A DNA stretch of 64,000 bases from an uncultured Gammaproteobacteria bacterium (GCA_964348825.1 CAYGDX010000002.1:80609-144608), one strand, 5' to 3'; counted from the stretch's first letter, positions 1 through 10,060 are shown. The notes: generated by a model not told the origin, from the letters alone. Translations and numbers: made by a program.

Positions 1-657
1 TGGTTGTTCAGATTTTAAATTCACTATAACTTTGTCTGCCACATACTCTGGCTCCATAAAATTTTCAAAACCCTCTGGATTTTTTTCCTCATACAAGCTA
101 GTTTTAATACCACCGGGATAAATAGAATAAATATTTACTTGGTTATCTTTATTTTCATTTCTTAAAGCGTCTATATAACCTCTAAGTGCCCATTTACTGG
201 CGGCATAAAGTTTCGCATTCTTGGCGCGGGTAGCATCAAGTGCAGCGCTAGATAAAATATTTATAATTATTCCACCATTATCTTTCATATAAGTTAATGC
301 TGTTCTAGATCCTAAAACACTGCCAAAAAAATTTACATCAAATATCTCATGAGCTTTATTCATATCAATATCTTCTTCTACCGAAAAAAATTTAAAAACA
401 CCAGCATTGTTTACCCAAATGTCTAGCCGTCCAAATTTTTCAACTGTAAATTTTGATAAATTTTTCAATTGACTCTCGTCACGTACATCTGCCACATAAG
501 ATACCACACCAATATCTTGAGCTGTTTGTTCAAGAATTGTTTTGTTGTTACTTGAAATTACAACATTAGCTTTTTCACTTTTAAACGCTTGAGCCAGTGC
601 TTTTCCCAACCCTTGGCTCCCGCCAGTTATTACAATTACTTTATTCTCTAAAATCAT
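1..657 (-). CDS. short-chain dehydrogenase/reductase (SDR) family oxidoreductase, C-terminus truncated by window edge
   Basis: Minus-strand ORF starts at ATG 657 and translates to MILENKVIVITGGSQGLGKALA... with the TGGxxGxG Rossmann motif typical of SDRs. It runs off the window start and is absent from the ORF track because it has no stop. Confidence 0.6.
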   Translation of the reverse strand, partial: MILENKVIVITGGSQGLGKALAQAFKSEKANVVISSNNKTILEQTAQDIGVVSYVADVRDESQLKNLSKFTVEKFGRLDIWVNNAGVFKFFSVEEDIDMNKAHEIFDVNFFGSVLGSRTALTYMKDNGGIIINILSSAALDATRAKNAKLYAASKWALRGYIDALRNENKDNQVNIYSIYPGGIKTSLYEEKNPEGFENFMEPEYVADKVIVNLKSEQP

Positions 658-799
658 AAGTTATTTATTTAAAGATAATGTATATTTTACACCTTAATTT
701 AATCCTATACTTATATCAACCTGTTGACAAATCCTGTGAACAAATTGTGTATTCAACTGACTTGCAGAATACCTTTAGGCGCGTTACTATAAACATACT

Positions 800-2188
800 A
801 TGAATCAGTCACAAGGTAACCAAACTTTAGACAAATTACCACCCCAAAATATTGAGGCGGAAAAGTCAACTTTAGGCGCGCTTTTAATTGATAAAGACGC
901 GGTGATTAAAATTGCCGATTTGCTTAATGCGGAAGATTTTTATTTAGATAGTCATGGTTATATTTTTGAAAGCATGCTGGCGCTTTATGAAGCGCGCACG
1001 CCGATTGATATTTTGTCAGTGGCGAGTCACCTACAAGAGCAAGGTCGCTTTGAAAAAACTGGCGGACATACTTATTTAACTGAGCTCACCAATGCAGTGC
1101 CAACCGCCAGTCACGTAGTTAGTTATGCTAAAATTGTCCAACGTAAAAGTACCCTACGAAAACTGCTCCGCGCCGCTTCCGAAATTACCGCGCTTGGTTA
1201 TCAAGAGGGTGAAGATGTAGAAAATATTATGGATAGCGCCGAGAAAGAATTATATGCTGTATCGCAAAAATATTACAAACAAAATTTTATTCCTATTAAA
1301 TCAGTTTTAAATGATGCTTTTGATAGAATCGATGAATTGCATCGCGAAGGCGGAAAAATTCGTGGCCTGCCAACTGGCTATAAAGATTTAGATAATTTGC
1401 TAGCCGGATTACAAAAATCCGATTTGGTTATTTTAGCGGCTCGCCCCAGCGTAGGTAAAACCTCACTCGCCCTTGATATTGCTAGAAACGTGGCAGTTAA
1501 CCAAAAAGTGCCGGTTGGAATTTTTTCACTTGAAATGTCTAAAGAGCAATTAGTCGATAGATTGCTTTGCGCGGAAGCTGGTGTAGATTTATGGCGTATG
1601 CGTACTGGTAAACTTTCAGAACGCGAAGATGATTTTCCGCGTATTGGTCATGCCATGGGTACACTTTCCGAAGCCCAAATTTTTATTGATGATTCCGCTA
1701 CCGCCAATGTAATGGAAATTCGTACTAAAGCCCGACGCCTGCAAAGCGAGCACGGCTTGGGTCTTATTATGGTTGACTATCTTCAACTTATGGAAGGCCG
1801 TAACACTGAAAACCGTGTTCAAGAAATTGCAGAAATTACTCGCGGACTCAAAGCTTTAGCCCGTGAATTAAATGTGCCAGTACTCGCCCTTTCCCAGCTT
1901 GCGCGTGCCGTAGAAATGAGTAAACCTGCCATTCCAAAACTAGCTCACCTGCGTGAATCTGGTTCTATTGAACAAGATGCCGATGTGGTATTATTTATTT
2001 ATCGGAAATCAGCTGATAAAAACTATCATCCGGATGATATTCCAAGTGAAGAAAAACACATTGCTGAAATTCATATTGCCAAGCACCGTAATGGTCCCAC
2101 TGGCATGGTGCGATTATTCTTTGACGAAAATCGTGTATCATTTAAAAATTTGGAAAGAGGTGCCAATATTCCACCACCAGCGGAGTAA
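800..2188 (+). CDS. dnaB: replicative DNA helicase DnaB
   Basis: 462 aa. DnaB N-domain, Walker A (AARPSVGKTSLALD), and RecA-like C-domain motifs (SLEMS, IMVDYLQLM, SQLAR). Confidence 0.9.
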   Translation: MNQSQGNQTLDKLPPQNIEAEKSTLGALLIDKDAVIKIADLLNAEDFYLDSHGYIFESMLALYEARTPIDILSVASHLQEQGRFEKTGGHTYLTELTNAVPTASHVVSYAKIVQRKSTLRKLLRAASEITALGYQEGEDVENIMDSAEKELYAVSQKYYKQNFIPIKSVLNDAFDRIDELHREGGKIRGLPTGYKDLDNLLAGLQKSDLVILAARPSVGKTSLALDIARNVAVNQKVPVGIFSLEMSKEQLVDRLLCAEAGVDLWRMRTGKLSEREDDFPRIGHAMGTLSEAQIFIDDSATANVMEIRTKARRLQSEHGLGLIMVDYLQLMEGRNTENRVQEIAEITRGLKALARELNVPVLALSQLARAVEMSKPAIPKLAHLRESGSIEQDADVVLFIYRKSADKNYHPDDIPSEEKHIAEIHIAKHRNGPTGMVRLFFDENRVSFKNLERGANIPPPAE

Positions 2189-2230
2189 ACTATTAATCAC
2201 TAGAACACTTAAACATTAAAACACTATAAC

Positions 2231-2599
2231 ATGGGCAGTTTAATTGAATTTAACGATACACTGCAAATTACTTCCGAGCAGGGCTTTCCGACGGAATTAG
2301 ATTTGGCAAAACATCAAATTAAGCCATTCACCGAGCAAGATTTTGCTGATAAAATTTTTGAATTTAAAAATAAACCAGATATGCGATTATATCACCCATC
2401 TCCAATTTGGGTATTTTTGGTGCATAATATAAATGGTAAATGGCTTTATTGGGGGCACGCACAAATTATTGAACAAACTATTCATGCTAATACTAAAACT
2501 ACTTCCGGAAAATTTACCATCTCTAAAATCTATCCGCCCGATTATCAAAAACAAATTAGTATATTTGAAACTGATCCAGATAAGCAGTACTTTCAATAA
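2231..2599 (+). CDS. hypothetical protein
   Basis: 122-aa ORF in the gap between dnaB and ybaB. No recognisable motif. Confidence 0.4.
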   Translation: MGSLIEFNDTLQITSEQGFPTELDLAKHQIKPFTEQDFADKIFEFKNKPDMRLYHPSPIWVFLVHNINGKWLYWGHAQIIEQTIHANTKTTSGKFTISKIYPPDYQKQISIFETDPDKQYFQ

Positions 2600-2723
2600 T
2601 TTTAAATTTTTGGGTTTGGGATTTAGGGCTTCGGATTTCGGATTTCTATAAATTACTTAACCAATCTCACAATATTCTCAAAATAACAAACATTATTTAA
2701 TATTAACCCCTACCTAATCAATT

Positions 2724-3029
2724 ATGTCCATGTTTTCTAAACTAAAAGAAATAAAAGACCTACGCGACCAAGCTAAAAAATTACAAGATTTATTGGCCGA
2801 CGAACATGTTGAAACTACCGCCGCTTGGAGTAAAGTAAAAATAAAAATGAGTGGTAACCAAGAAATAGAAACTGTAGAAATTGATCCAGAAATGTTAGCG
2901 GTAAATAAAAAATCAGAGCTTGAATCAGCTATCAAAGAAGCAGTAAACGACGCCAACAAAAAAGTGCAAAAACTTATGGCCGAGAAAATCCGTAAAGAAG
3001 GCGGTTTTAATATCCCAGGTATGAAGTAG
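2724..3029 (+). CDS. ybaB: YbaB/EbfC family nucleoid-associated protein
   Basis: 101 aa with the characteristic YbaB pattern (MFSKLKE...AQKLQ...VEIDPE...LMAE...GGFNIPGM). Canonical neighbour of recR. Confidence 0.8.
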   Translation: MSMFSKLKEIKDLRDQAKKLQDLLADEHVETTAAWSKVKIKMSGNQEIETVEIDPEMLAVNKKSELESAIKEAVNDANKKVQKLMAEKIRKEGGFNIPGMK

Positions 3030-3039
3030 CTCTAACATT

Positions 3040-3582
3040 ATGAACGAAATTGAAATAAAAATTCTCAATGTTAATCCCCGTCAAATCGAAACTAAATTAA
3101 AAAAATTGGGGGCTAAAAAAATATTTAAAGGCCGCTTGAAAGTTAAGTGGTTTGGCTTACCGCATTTAACTAATCCAAATAAACATCCGTGGTTTTTAAG
3201 AATTCGTACCACTAATAATAAATCAGGCGAAATAACATGGAAAAGTCGTCCCATAACCGTCGGCCTTAGTCGTAAACACCGAGAAATCAATTTACCAATT
3301 CCCAATCACGATTCAGCAGCTGATTTATTTTCAGCAATTGGTTTAAAAAAATATGCTTATCAAGAAAAAGATCGCACCTCTTGGAAGTTACAGGATTGGC
3401 AATTTGATTTAGATAAATATCCTAAAATACCACCTTATTTAGAAATTGAAGGACGTAGCGCTAAACATATTAATGAAGCCATAAAACTACTAGATTTAAC
3501 CGAACACAAAACCTCAGCCGAAGGTGAACGTATTTTAATTGCCAAAAAATACAAATTAAATTGGTTTGATATGCGTTTTTAA
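3040..3582 (+). CDS. CYTH-domain protein (CyaB/thiamine-triphosphatase-like triphosphate tunnel metalloenzyme)
   Basis: N-terminal EIEIKIL motif typical of CYTH, and a beta-rich ~180-aa protein. Confidence 0.55.
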   Translation: MNEIEIKILNVNPRQIETKLKKLGAKKIFKGRLKVKWFGLPHLTNPNKHPWFLRIRTTNNKSGEITWKSRPITVGLSRKHREINLPIPNHDSAADLFSAIGLKKYAYQEKDRTSWKLQDWQFDLDKYPKIPPYLEIEGRSAKHINEAIKLLDLTEHKTSAEGERILIAKKYKLNWFDMRF

Positions 3583-3593
3583 TATTAAATAAT

Positions 3594-4331
3594 ATGCGCG
3601 ATATTCCACCCCACTATCATACCCCTGAATCAAATCAGAATCCTGATTTGATAATTGACGAAACTATTAAACTAAAATTACAAGAACAATTTAATCAACT
3701 GCGATCAACTAAAATAAAAACCCCTGACTGGCTAACATTAGCCCAGTATACAGCCGACTTGAAACATTTGGGTTTATGGGAAATGGCTGAGCTAAATAAC
3801 AATGAAAAAGAACAAATTAAAAACACCCTAACTAATTTACGCACTAAACTTCCCCATCACCCAAGTATTGGAGAAACTGTTGATCTGACTCATTTATTAT
3901 ACAATGCTTACACTCTAAATATTGAATTAGAGCCATTAAACTCTGATGAACACGATATTTTAAGCACACTGCCTCAAAAAATAAGACAAAATCCTGCACA
4001 TCACGAGCAATTAGTTTATTTACAACAAATTAGTCGTTTATTAAATTGTCCAATTCGTGAATTACAATCTGCCAGTGATAATAAATTTATCCATCGAGCT
4101 ATTATTTCCAAATTAAATAAAAATGAAATAAGCGCTCCACAAGCTGTTGGACTGGTTGGTGAATTAGCCCGCTATGAAACTGATGCGACTAAAGAATTAC
4201 TAGATGAACCAATTTTGCAATCGACTTTAAACAAAACTATGACAACTTTAAACCGAACTAGGCAATCTGGAGATTACTTAACCTACGCCCATCTACTACC
4301 CGCCTTAAAACACATATCAGAGTTAAAATAA
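3594..4331 (+). CDS. hypothetical protein (predicted helical)
   Basis: 245-aa ORF with no recognisable motif. Confidence 0.4.
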   Translation: MRDIPPHYHTPESNQNPDLIIDETIKLKLQEQFNQLRSTKIKTPDWLTLAQYTADLKHLGLWEMAELNNNEKEQIKNTLTNLRTKLPHHPSIGETVDLTHLLYNAYTLNIELEPLNSDEHDILSTLPQKIRQNPAHHEQLVYLQQISRLLNCPIRELQSASDNKFIHRAIISKLNKNEISAPQAVGLVGELARYETDATKELLDEPILQSTLNKTMTTLNRTRQSGDYLTYAHLLPALKHISELK

Positions 4332-4373
4332 TTTTTGCTATTAACTATCCTATATTTGCCATTTGCTAAATAC

Positions 4374-4973
4374 ATGCCCCCTACTCCCCACGCTTTAGAA
4401 AAATTAATTAGAGAATTTACTCGCCTACCCGGTATCGGCCCTAAAACAGCCGAACGGTTAGTTTATCATTTGTTAAAACAACCAACTGAAGTATTGGAAT
4501 CTTTTGCCGCGAGTTTGCAGGCTGTAAAAAATGAAGTAGTAAAATGCGGGCAGTGTTTTTGTTTAACTGACCAAAACCCTTGCCAAATTTGTAGTAACCC
4601 TGAGCGCGACAAAACACTACTTTGTGTAGTAGCTGAAAGTCAAAATATTCCAATTTTAGAAAAAACTAGCGCCTACACTGGCTTATATCATGTACTCGGC
4701 GGCGTAATCAGTCCGCTGGAAGGTGTATCGCCCAATGAATTAACTATCAAAGAATTACTCACGCGACTTAAAAATAATAGTGTAAAGGAAATAATTTTAG
4801 CCCTTAATCCAGATGTTGATGGCGAAACTACTTCACTATATCTCGCCCAAAATTTAAAACCACTAGGCGTAAAAATTACTCGCCTCGCCCGCGGCCTACC
4901 CGCCGGCGCCGACCTAGAATACGCCGATGAAATAACTTTGGAAAATGCTATAACCTGTCGCCGCGAAATTTAA
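4374..4973 (+). CDS. recR: recombination protein RecR
   Basis: HhH motif (LPGIGPKTAERL), C4 zinc finger (CGQCFCLTDQNPCQIC), and a Toprim domain. Start placed at the internal Met (MPPTPHALEKL). The ORF track starts at 4335. Confidence 0.85.
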   Translation: MPPTPHALEKLIREFTRLPGIGPKTAERLVYHLLKQPTEVLESFAASLQAVKNEVVKCGQCFCLTDQNPCQICSNPERDKTLLCVVAESQNIPILEKTSAYTGLYHVLGGVISPLEGVSPNELTIKELLTRLKNNSVKEIILALNPDVDGETTSLYLAQNLKPLGVKITRLARGLPAGADLEYADEITLENAITCRREI

Positions 4974-5196
4974 ATTTTCATCACCCTTATGATATTTTGT
5001 CTTCCAATTGAACAATAAAATGAAGTGGACAGTTGAGTATATCCGCCTTTGCTTTTTAGCTACGGCGGATTATCATCTTAAAGTGGCGGACACTTTAACA
5101 ACGAATTACAAATTTAATCCTAGCAGGTAGTTGACTATTACTAATCTACTAAAAATGATTTCTACTTATCATTTTTAGTAGAAGATGATAAAAACA

Positions 5197-5225
5197 AACT
5201 CAGCTCCTAATAAGAGCTGAGTTTA
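5197..5225. terminator. bidirectional rho-independent terminator hairpin
   Basis: aaactcagctc-ctaataa-gagctgagttt is a perfect 11-bp stem, flanked by an A-run upstream and a T-rich run downstream. It lies downstream of recR (+) and rplU (-). Confidence 0.5.
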
Positions 5226-5248
5226 TAGTTCTTTTAATAACCCTGAAG

Positions 5249-5320
5249 TTATTCTTGAGCTGGGGTAGCAGGGCTTGTGCAAGTGCAAGGTTCGTTACCG
5301 CACGTAGGACAGATTTCCAT
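5249..5320 (-). CDS. possible small Cys-rich peptide (23 aa, MEICPTCGNEPCTCTSPATPAQE)
   Basis: ATG is preceded by a GAAAGG RBS-like sequence 8 nt upstream. It is followed by the 5197-5225 terminator. It is GC-rich relative to its surroundings and sits where rpmA (L27) would normally follow rplU. Confidence 0.25.
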   Translation of the reverse strand: MEICPTCGNEPCTCTSPATPAQE

Positions 5321-5397
5321 AAGCTATACCTTTCATCTATTCCCCAAAACTTTCGTTTTAAGGATAGAAATTTAAGGATAAATAAACAATCGATTAA

Positions 5398-5709
5398 TTA
5401 AGCAACCGAACTAACTTTCACTTCTGTGAACGGTTGACGATGACCATATTTCTTATGGTAACGCGACTTAGCTTTATAGTGCACCACCATTATCTTTTTA
5501 GCACGACCTTGTTTGGTAATATCAGCCTTAACTGCCATGGCCAAGCGTGGCTTACCAATTTCTACCTGCTCACCCGCTTCATCGGCTAACAGTAAAACAT
5601 CTTTAAATTCCATAGCTCCTTCAGCTAACATTTTTTCTACTTTAAGTGTCTCACCATCTTTTACAATATATTGTTTACCACCGGTTTTGATTACTGCAAT
5701 TTTTGACAT
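5398..5709 (-). CDS. rplU: 50S ribosomal protein L21
   Basis: 103 aa, beginning M..IAVIKTGGKQY as L21 does. Confidence 0.9.
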   Translation of the reverse strand: MSKIAVIKTGGKQYIVKDGETLKVEKMLAEGAMEFKDVLLLADEAGEQVEIGKPRLAMAVKADITKQGRAKKIMVVHYKAKSRYHKKYGHRQPFTEVKVSSVA

Positions 5710-5838
5710 AAATGTTTAAATCCTAAATTCTAAGCACGAAATCCTAAAAACTTCGTTTAACTCCGAACATAGTCGAAGGAATAATTAATATATGCTAAAT
5801 AAATAGCAAAATCTTACTATAAAATATTAGCTTATTTT

Positions 5839-6345
5839 CTACTTATTGTCAACCCCTGTTACCACATCACCCACTTTAACCTGATTTTGGGCCACCCAAC
5901 CAGCCGGCACTTCCAAAACCATATCCACTGACTCAAGTGGACGCACCCGGGCTGGCTCAGGAGCAGATGACGAGGGTGGTGGAATATTTTCATCTATTTC
6001 CACTATTTTATTTTGATTAATCCACAAAAAATCCAAAGCAAATTTCATATCTTTCATCCAAAATTCGCGCGGAGCAGATGAAGGAAAAATAAACAGCATA
6101 GCTGGGTCAACTTCACTTAATTTTTCACGACCTGATAACCCTTGCCGCCACTCATTCACTTCATCTGATATTTCTACTTTTAATAATACCTCACCGACCT
6201 TAATCTCACTTTTAATGCTTTCATAATTAATTACTATTTGACTACTACTATTATCAAATGTAATCAAGAAAAAAACCAAACCAAGTGTAATAGCTAGGCA
6301 TAAAACAATCGATAAAAATTTACGAGTTGACAAAGTTTTAATCAT
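5839..6345 (-). CDS. DUF192 family protein (COG1430)
   Basis: N-terminal TM/signal segment. Conserved DUF192 segments (AMLFIF, FWMKDMKFALD, VLEVPAG). Confidence 0.7.
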   Translation of the reverse strand: MIKTLSTRKFLSIVLCLAITLGLVFFLITFDNSSSQIVINYESIKSEIKVGEVLLKVEISDEVNEWRQGLSGREKLSEVDPAMLFIFPSSAPREFWMKDMKFALDFLWINQNKIVEIDENIPPPSSSAPEPARVRPLESVDMVLEVPAGWVAQNQVKVGDVVTGVDNK

Positions 6346-6357
6346 AATTTTAATTTA

Positions 6358-7425
6358 TTAAGCGCTCTTCCTATAAAACCAAAATATCATAAATATTATT
6401 ACTACACCAGCTACACCCAGCGCAATAATTTTACCAATCGTATTTAAAAATAAAGCACTTAAGCCAAAAACTAAACTAAAAAAATACAATAATAAAACCA
6501 CCTGCCTAGGCGACCAACCCAAAGCCAATAAACGATGATGCAAATGATTGGTGTCGGCCTGACTAATTGGCTTGTTATCAAGTAGTAAACGCTTGGTAAT
6601 CACCCATATCATATCTAAAATTGGCAAACCCATAATTAGTAGAGCTGTGGCGATTTTAGCGCCAGAAATAATTGCCAGCACCCCAAGCATAAAACCAATA
6701 AATAAACTACCACCCTCACCTAAAAAAATTTTAGCTGGTTGGAAGTTCCACACCAAAAATCCTAAAGCTGAACCGGCTAAAATCAAAGCCAATATTCCAA
6801 CGGATGGTTGATAAAAAGGTGTGAATTGAGTTAAACCAAAAATTATTAAACTACCAATTACACCTAAGCCAGTTACCAAACCATCTAAACCATCCATCAA
6901 TTTGGTGGTATACATCATACCTAAAAGCCAAATCAAAGCTACTGCACCGGAAATTAAACTTAAAGAATAATTAAGACCCAACCAATTAATTGTTACTGAC
7001 CAAAAATCTAAATTTATCACTCCGCCCCAAGGACTAGAAATTACTTTTGGACCAAGCCCTAAAAATACTACCACTAAAACTGCCAGTAGTGGGGCAATAA
7101 TTTGTCGCGCTGGTTTTAAATTATATTTATCATCAAAATAACCACCAACCATTATAATCAAGCCGCCTAAAATAATGGCGATTAAAGCGCACCAAGAAAT
7201 ATCCTTACCAACCACCCAATCAGTCAGCCAAGCTACTGCCAATGATACTACAGTAAAAGATAAAAAAATCGCCCCACCACCTAAGAGTGGTGTAGGCCTC
7301 AAATGTATTTTTCTCTCACTATTTGGATAATCAAGTATTTGATATTTTAAAGCCAAACGACGAACTAGTGGGGTTAGTAAAAGAGAAAGTATGAAGGCAA
7401 TAATGAATACTAGGGCGGATAACAT
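6358..7425 (-). CDS. glycosyltransferase family 4 polyprenyl-phosphate sugar-1-phosphate transferase (WecA/TagO-like; MraY superfamily)
   Basis: Multi-TM protein with DDxxN motif (GGYFDDKYNL), MDGLDGL, GEGGSLFIGF, and HLHHRLL (WecA-like HIHH). Not located in a mur/fts cluster. Confidence 0.75.
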   Translation of the reverse strand: MLSALVFIIAFILSLLLTPLVRRLALKYQILDYPNSERKIHLRPTPLLGGGAIFLSFTVVSLAVAWLTDWVVGKDISWCALIAIILGGLIIMVGGYFDDKYNLKPARQIIAPLLAVLVVVFLGLGPKVISSPWGGVINLDFWSVTINWLGLNYSLSLISGAVALIWLLGMMYTTKLMDGLDGLVTGLGVIGSLIIFGLTQFTPFYQPSVGILALILAGSALGFLVWNFQPAKIFLGEGGSLFIGFMLGVLAIISGAKIATALLIMGLPILDMIWVITKRLLLDNKPISQADTNHLHHRLLALGWSPRQVVLLLYFFSLVFGLSALFLNTIGKIIALGVAGVVIIFMIFWFYRKSA

Positions 7426-7579
7426 AAATTATTTAATTTTCTAATCTCCAATAACTAATTTCTAAAAATCCTAAAATTTATAATTTAAAATTCAATCTTG
7501 TGATTTGATACTTGGAAATTTATCAGAGATTGCTTCGCTTCACCCTTTGGAGCTTCGCTCGCAATGACATCATCTACTA

Positions 7580-7978
7580 CTACACATTCTTACTTCTATC
7601 CATCCAATCCTGTAAAATAAACATCGCCGCTAGTTCATCTTTGCCACGCACCGAGCTCCCCTGCCCCAAATGCAAGGCCTGCCGACTAGTAAGTCGCTCA
7701 TCTATCATTTCAACTGGAATATTTATTTGTTTTTTAAGCAAACCTACAAAACTATCTACCACTCTAGTTTGATCTGATTTATCACCTGATAAACTCATTG
7801 GGCTGCCAATAATAATTTTGGCAATATTTTCAGTGTTAATTAATTTGATTAATTCTTTAACTAAAGTTTCGTCAGATTCACGCGCCAAAACACCATGCGG
7901 TAAAGCAAGATTGACTTCAGTATCGCTAGTTGCAAGGCCGACTCTCTTTTCTCCGTAATCAATCGCGAGGAGTTTCAT
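7580..7978 (-). CDS. ruvX: Holliday-junction resolvase-like YqgF/RuvX
   Basis: MKLLAIDYGEKRVGLA... is the RNase H-like YqgF signature. Confidence 0.85.
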   Translation of the reverse strand: MKLLAIDYGEKRVGLATSDTEVNLALPHGVLARESDETLVKELIKLINTENIAKIIIGSPMSLSGDKSDQTRVVDSFVGLLKKQINIPVEMIDERLTSRQALHLGQGSSVRGKDELAAMFILQDWMDRSKNV

Positions 7979-7993
7979 AATTAGTTTAAAGTT

Positions 7994-8081
7994 TTACATT
8001 AGAACATTAAATCACCAGAACATAAAAACAAAAAAAATTTTAATTAATGCTCTAATGTTTAAGTGTTCTAATGTTTTAATG
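7994..8081. repeat. palindromic intergenic repeat, ctagaacac/gttctag family, copy R2
   Basis: acattagaacattaaatcaccagaacat...gctctaatgtttaagtgttctaatg is an imperfect inverted repeat shared with 7 other loci. Confidence 0.6.
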
Positions 8082-8145
8082 AATAAAATTTAGGATTTTT
8101 GAGAGATTGCCGCGTCGCTCGCCTTACTCGCTTCTCGCAATGACA

Positions 8146-8907
8146 TTATTGTGTTAACACTTCACATCCGTCATCCGTCACCGCCACCGTGTGCTCAAAA
8201 TGAGCTGACAAACTGCCATCCATTGTCGCTACTGTCCAATTATCATCCAATACTTTTACTTGCCAATCTCCAATATTAACCATTGGCTCAATCGCAATCA
8301 CCATACCAGATTTAAGTTTCATTCCTGCGCCTGCCTTACCAAAATTAGGTACAGCTGGTTCTTCGTGTACTGCATAACCTACGCCGTGACCCACTAAATC
8401 ACGTACAACAGAGAAGCCATTTTTCTCAATATAGCTTTGTATGGTAAAACCAATATCGCCCAAAGTCGCACCAGCCTTTACCCGCTTAATTGCCTCTACT
8501 AAAGAATCTCGGGCCACTTGAATTAATTTCACAGCAGGATCATCAATTTTACCAACTGGCACAGTAATCGCACTGTCAGTAAATAATCCTTGATAACAAC
8601 AGCCCAAATCCAAACCAATAATTTGTCCTGTTTTTAAAATAACAGAGGATTTGGGAATGCCGTGTACCACTTCTGAATCAACTGATGTACAAAGCGTAGC
8701 GGGGTATGGCGAGCTACCGTGCGTACTATAATTTAAAAATGACGGCTCAGCACCGGCTTCCCTTAATAATTTTTCAGCTAGCGCATTAAGCTCCAGAGTA
8801 GTTACACCTGGTTTTACCGCCGCCGCTACTTGTTTTAAAGTCGCGGCTAAAATACGCCCGCCAGCGTGCAATATTTTTATTTCTTCCGGAGTTTTGATTA
8901 AGTTCAT
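8146..8907 (-). CDS. map: type I methionine aminopeptidase
   Basis: 253 aa with the conserved pita-bread fold metal ligands (D, D, H, E, E) in MAP-I context. Confidence 0.9.
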   Translation of the reverse strand: MNLIKTPEEIKILHAGGRILAATLKQVAAAVKPGVTTLELNALAEKLLREAGAEPSFLNYSTHGSSPYPATLCTSVDSEVVHGIPKSSVILKTGQIIGLDLGCCYQGLFTDSAITVPVGKIDDPAVKLIQVARDSLVEAIKRVKAGATLGDIGFTIQSYIEKNGFSVVRDLVGHGVGYAVHEEPAVPNFGKAGAGMKLKSGMVIAIEPMVNIGDWQVKVLDDNWTVATMDGSLSAHFEHTVAVTDDGCEVLTQ

Positions 8908-8941
8908 TTTTTAGAAATTAGAAGTCATAATTTATTTATTT

Positions 8942-9110
8942 GTTACTTCTTTAGTAGAAGTAACCAAGAATCGCAGGCCACAGTCTTCGGGTTTGAACAG
9001 TGCTCGTCGGACTCACTGGCTCGGGCTATGCACAGCGACCACAGCACGCCCGAGCCGTACGCTCGTCCGACTTCCGCTCTGTACAAACCCTACGACGAGG
9101 CCGCACGACG
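8942..9110. repeat. GC-rich ~170-bp element with imperfect terminal inverted repeats (MITE-like), copy A, reverse orientation
   Basis: Shares terminal sequences cgggtttgaacagtgctcgtc / cgctctgtacaaaccctacgacgagg and an internal ggctcgggc...gcccgagcc stem with copies at 39120-39395 and 56888-57056. Inserted between adk and map. Confidence 0.55.
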
Positions 9111-9178
9111 TTTTGGGAATTGGGATTTGGAATTTATTTAGGATTTAGATATTAGTGATTAGTAATTAATGATTTTTA

Positions 9179-9826
9179 TTACAACCCCAAGGCCATCACA
9201 ATACTATACGTCACCTCACTAATCCCCGGCTGCCCATCTATCGAAAGCAACGCGCCTTTACCACGATAAAATTCAAGTAAGGGTTCAGTTAGTTTGTGAT
9301 AATCATTTAAACGGGCACGAATCGCTTCAGGTGTATCATCTTTTCTAACTTCTAAACTACCACCGCAAGCACACAAACCGTTAGTGGGTGGTGGATTAAA
9401 CTGTTGATGATAAACTGTTCCACATTTTACACAAGTAAGCCGTCCGCCAATTCGCTTAATAGCTACTTCGTCAGATAATTGTAAATATATAATTTTTGTA
9501 TCAGGATAAAACTTAAATAAAAATTCCGCCTGTGATAAATTACGCGGGAAGCCATCGAGCACAAAACCATTGTCAGCGTCATTTTGTTTTAAACGTTCGG
9601 ACACCACCTGATTAGTTATTTCATCTGGCACTAAAATACCATTATCTATCAGAGATTTAACTTTACTACCAAGCTCTGTGCCGCTAGCTACAGCGGCCCT
9701 AAATATACTACCTGTGGCAATATGTGGCACACCAGTCGCCTGTGCCAATACTTTAGCCTGTGTGCCCTTGCCACTGCCTTGCGGCCCTAATAATACGTAT
9801 TGTTTAGTGTTTAACATAACAAGCAT
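9179..9826 (-). CDS. adk: adenylate kinase (zinc-lid type)
   Basis: P-loop GPQGSGKGTQ, LDGFPR, and Cys4 lid (CVKCG...CACGG). Canonical position after secY. Confidence 0.9.
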   Translation of the reverse strand: MLVMLNTKQYVLLGPQGSGKGTQAKVLAQATGVPHIATGSIFRAAVASGTELGSKVKSLIDNGILVPDEITNQVVSERLKQNDADNGFVLDGFPRNLSQAEFLFKFYPDTKIIYLQLSDEVAIKRIGGRLTCVKCGTVYHQQFNPPPTNGLCACGGSLEVRKDDTPEAIRARLNDYHKLTEPLLEFYRGKGALLSIDGQPGISEVTYSIVMALGL

Positions 9827-9871
9827 ATCTTACCTAAAATCAATAAAAAAATCTAGCCCTTGTCTTATACT

Positions 9872-9944
9872 CACTAAAACCCTAGAACACTTAAACACTA
9901 GAACACATTTTGTTTTAATGATCTAGGGTTCTAGTGTTCTAATG
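9872..9944. repeat. palindromic intergenic repeat, ctagaacac family, copy R3
   Basis: ccctagaacacttaaacactagaacac...gatctagggttctagtgttctaatg. Confidence 0.6.
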
Positions 9945-10060
9945 AAAACTATTTTAACACTATTACCTTACTTTTACTTAACACATCTATATATTCCCCC
10001 AAAAAACAAACAGTGCTATAATAAAGTTGCTCTTAAACCTAACCATTAATTTTATAGTTT

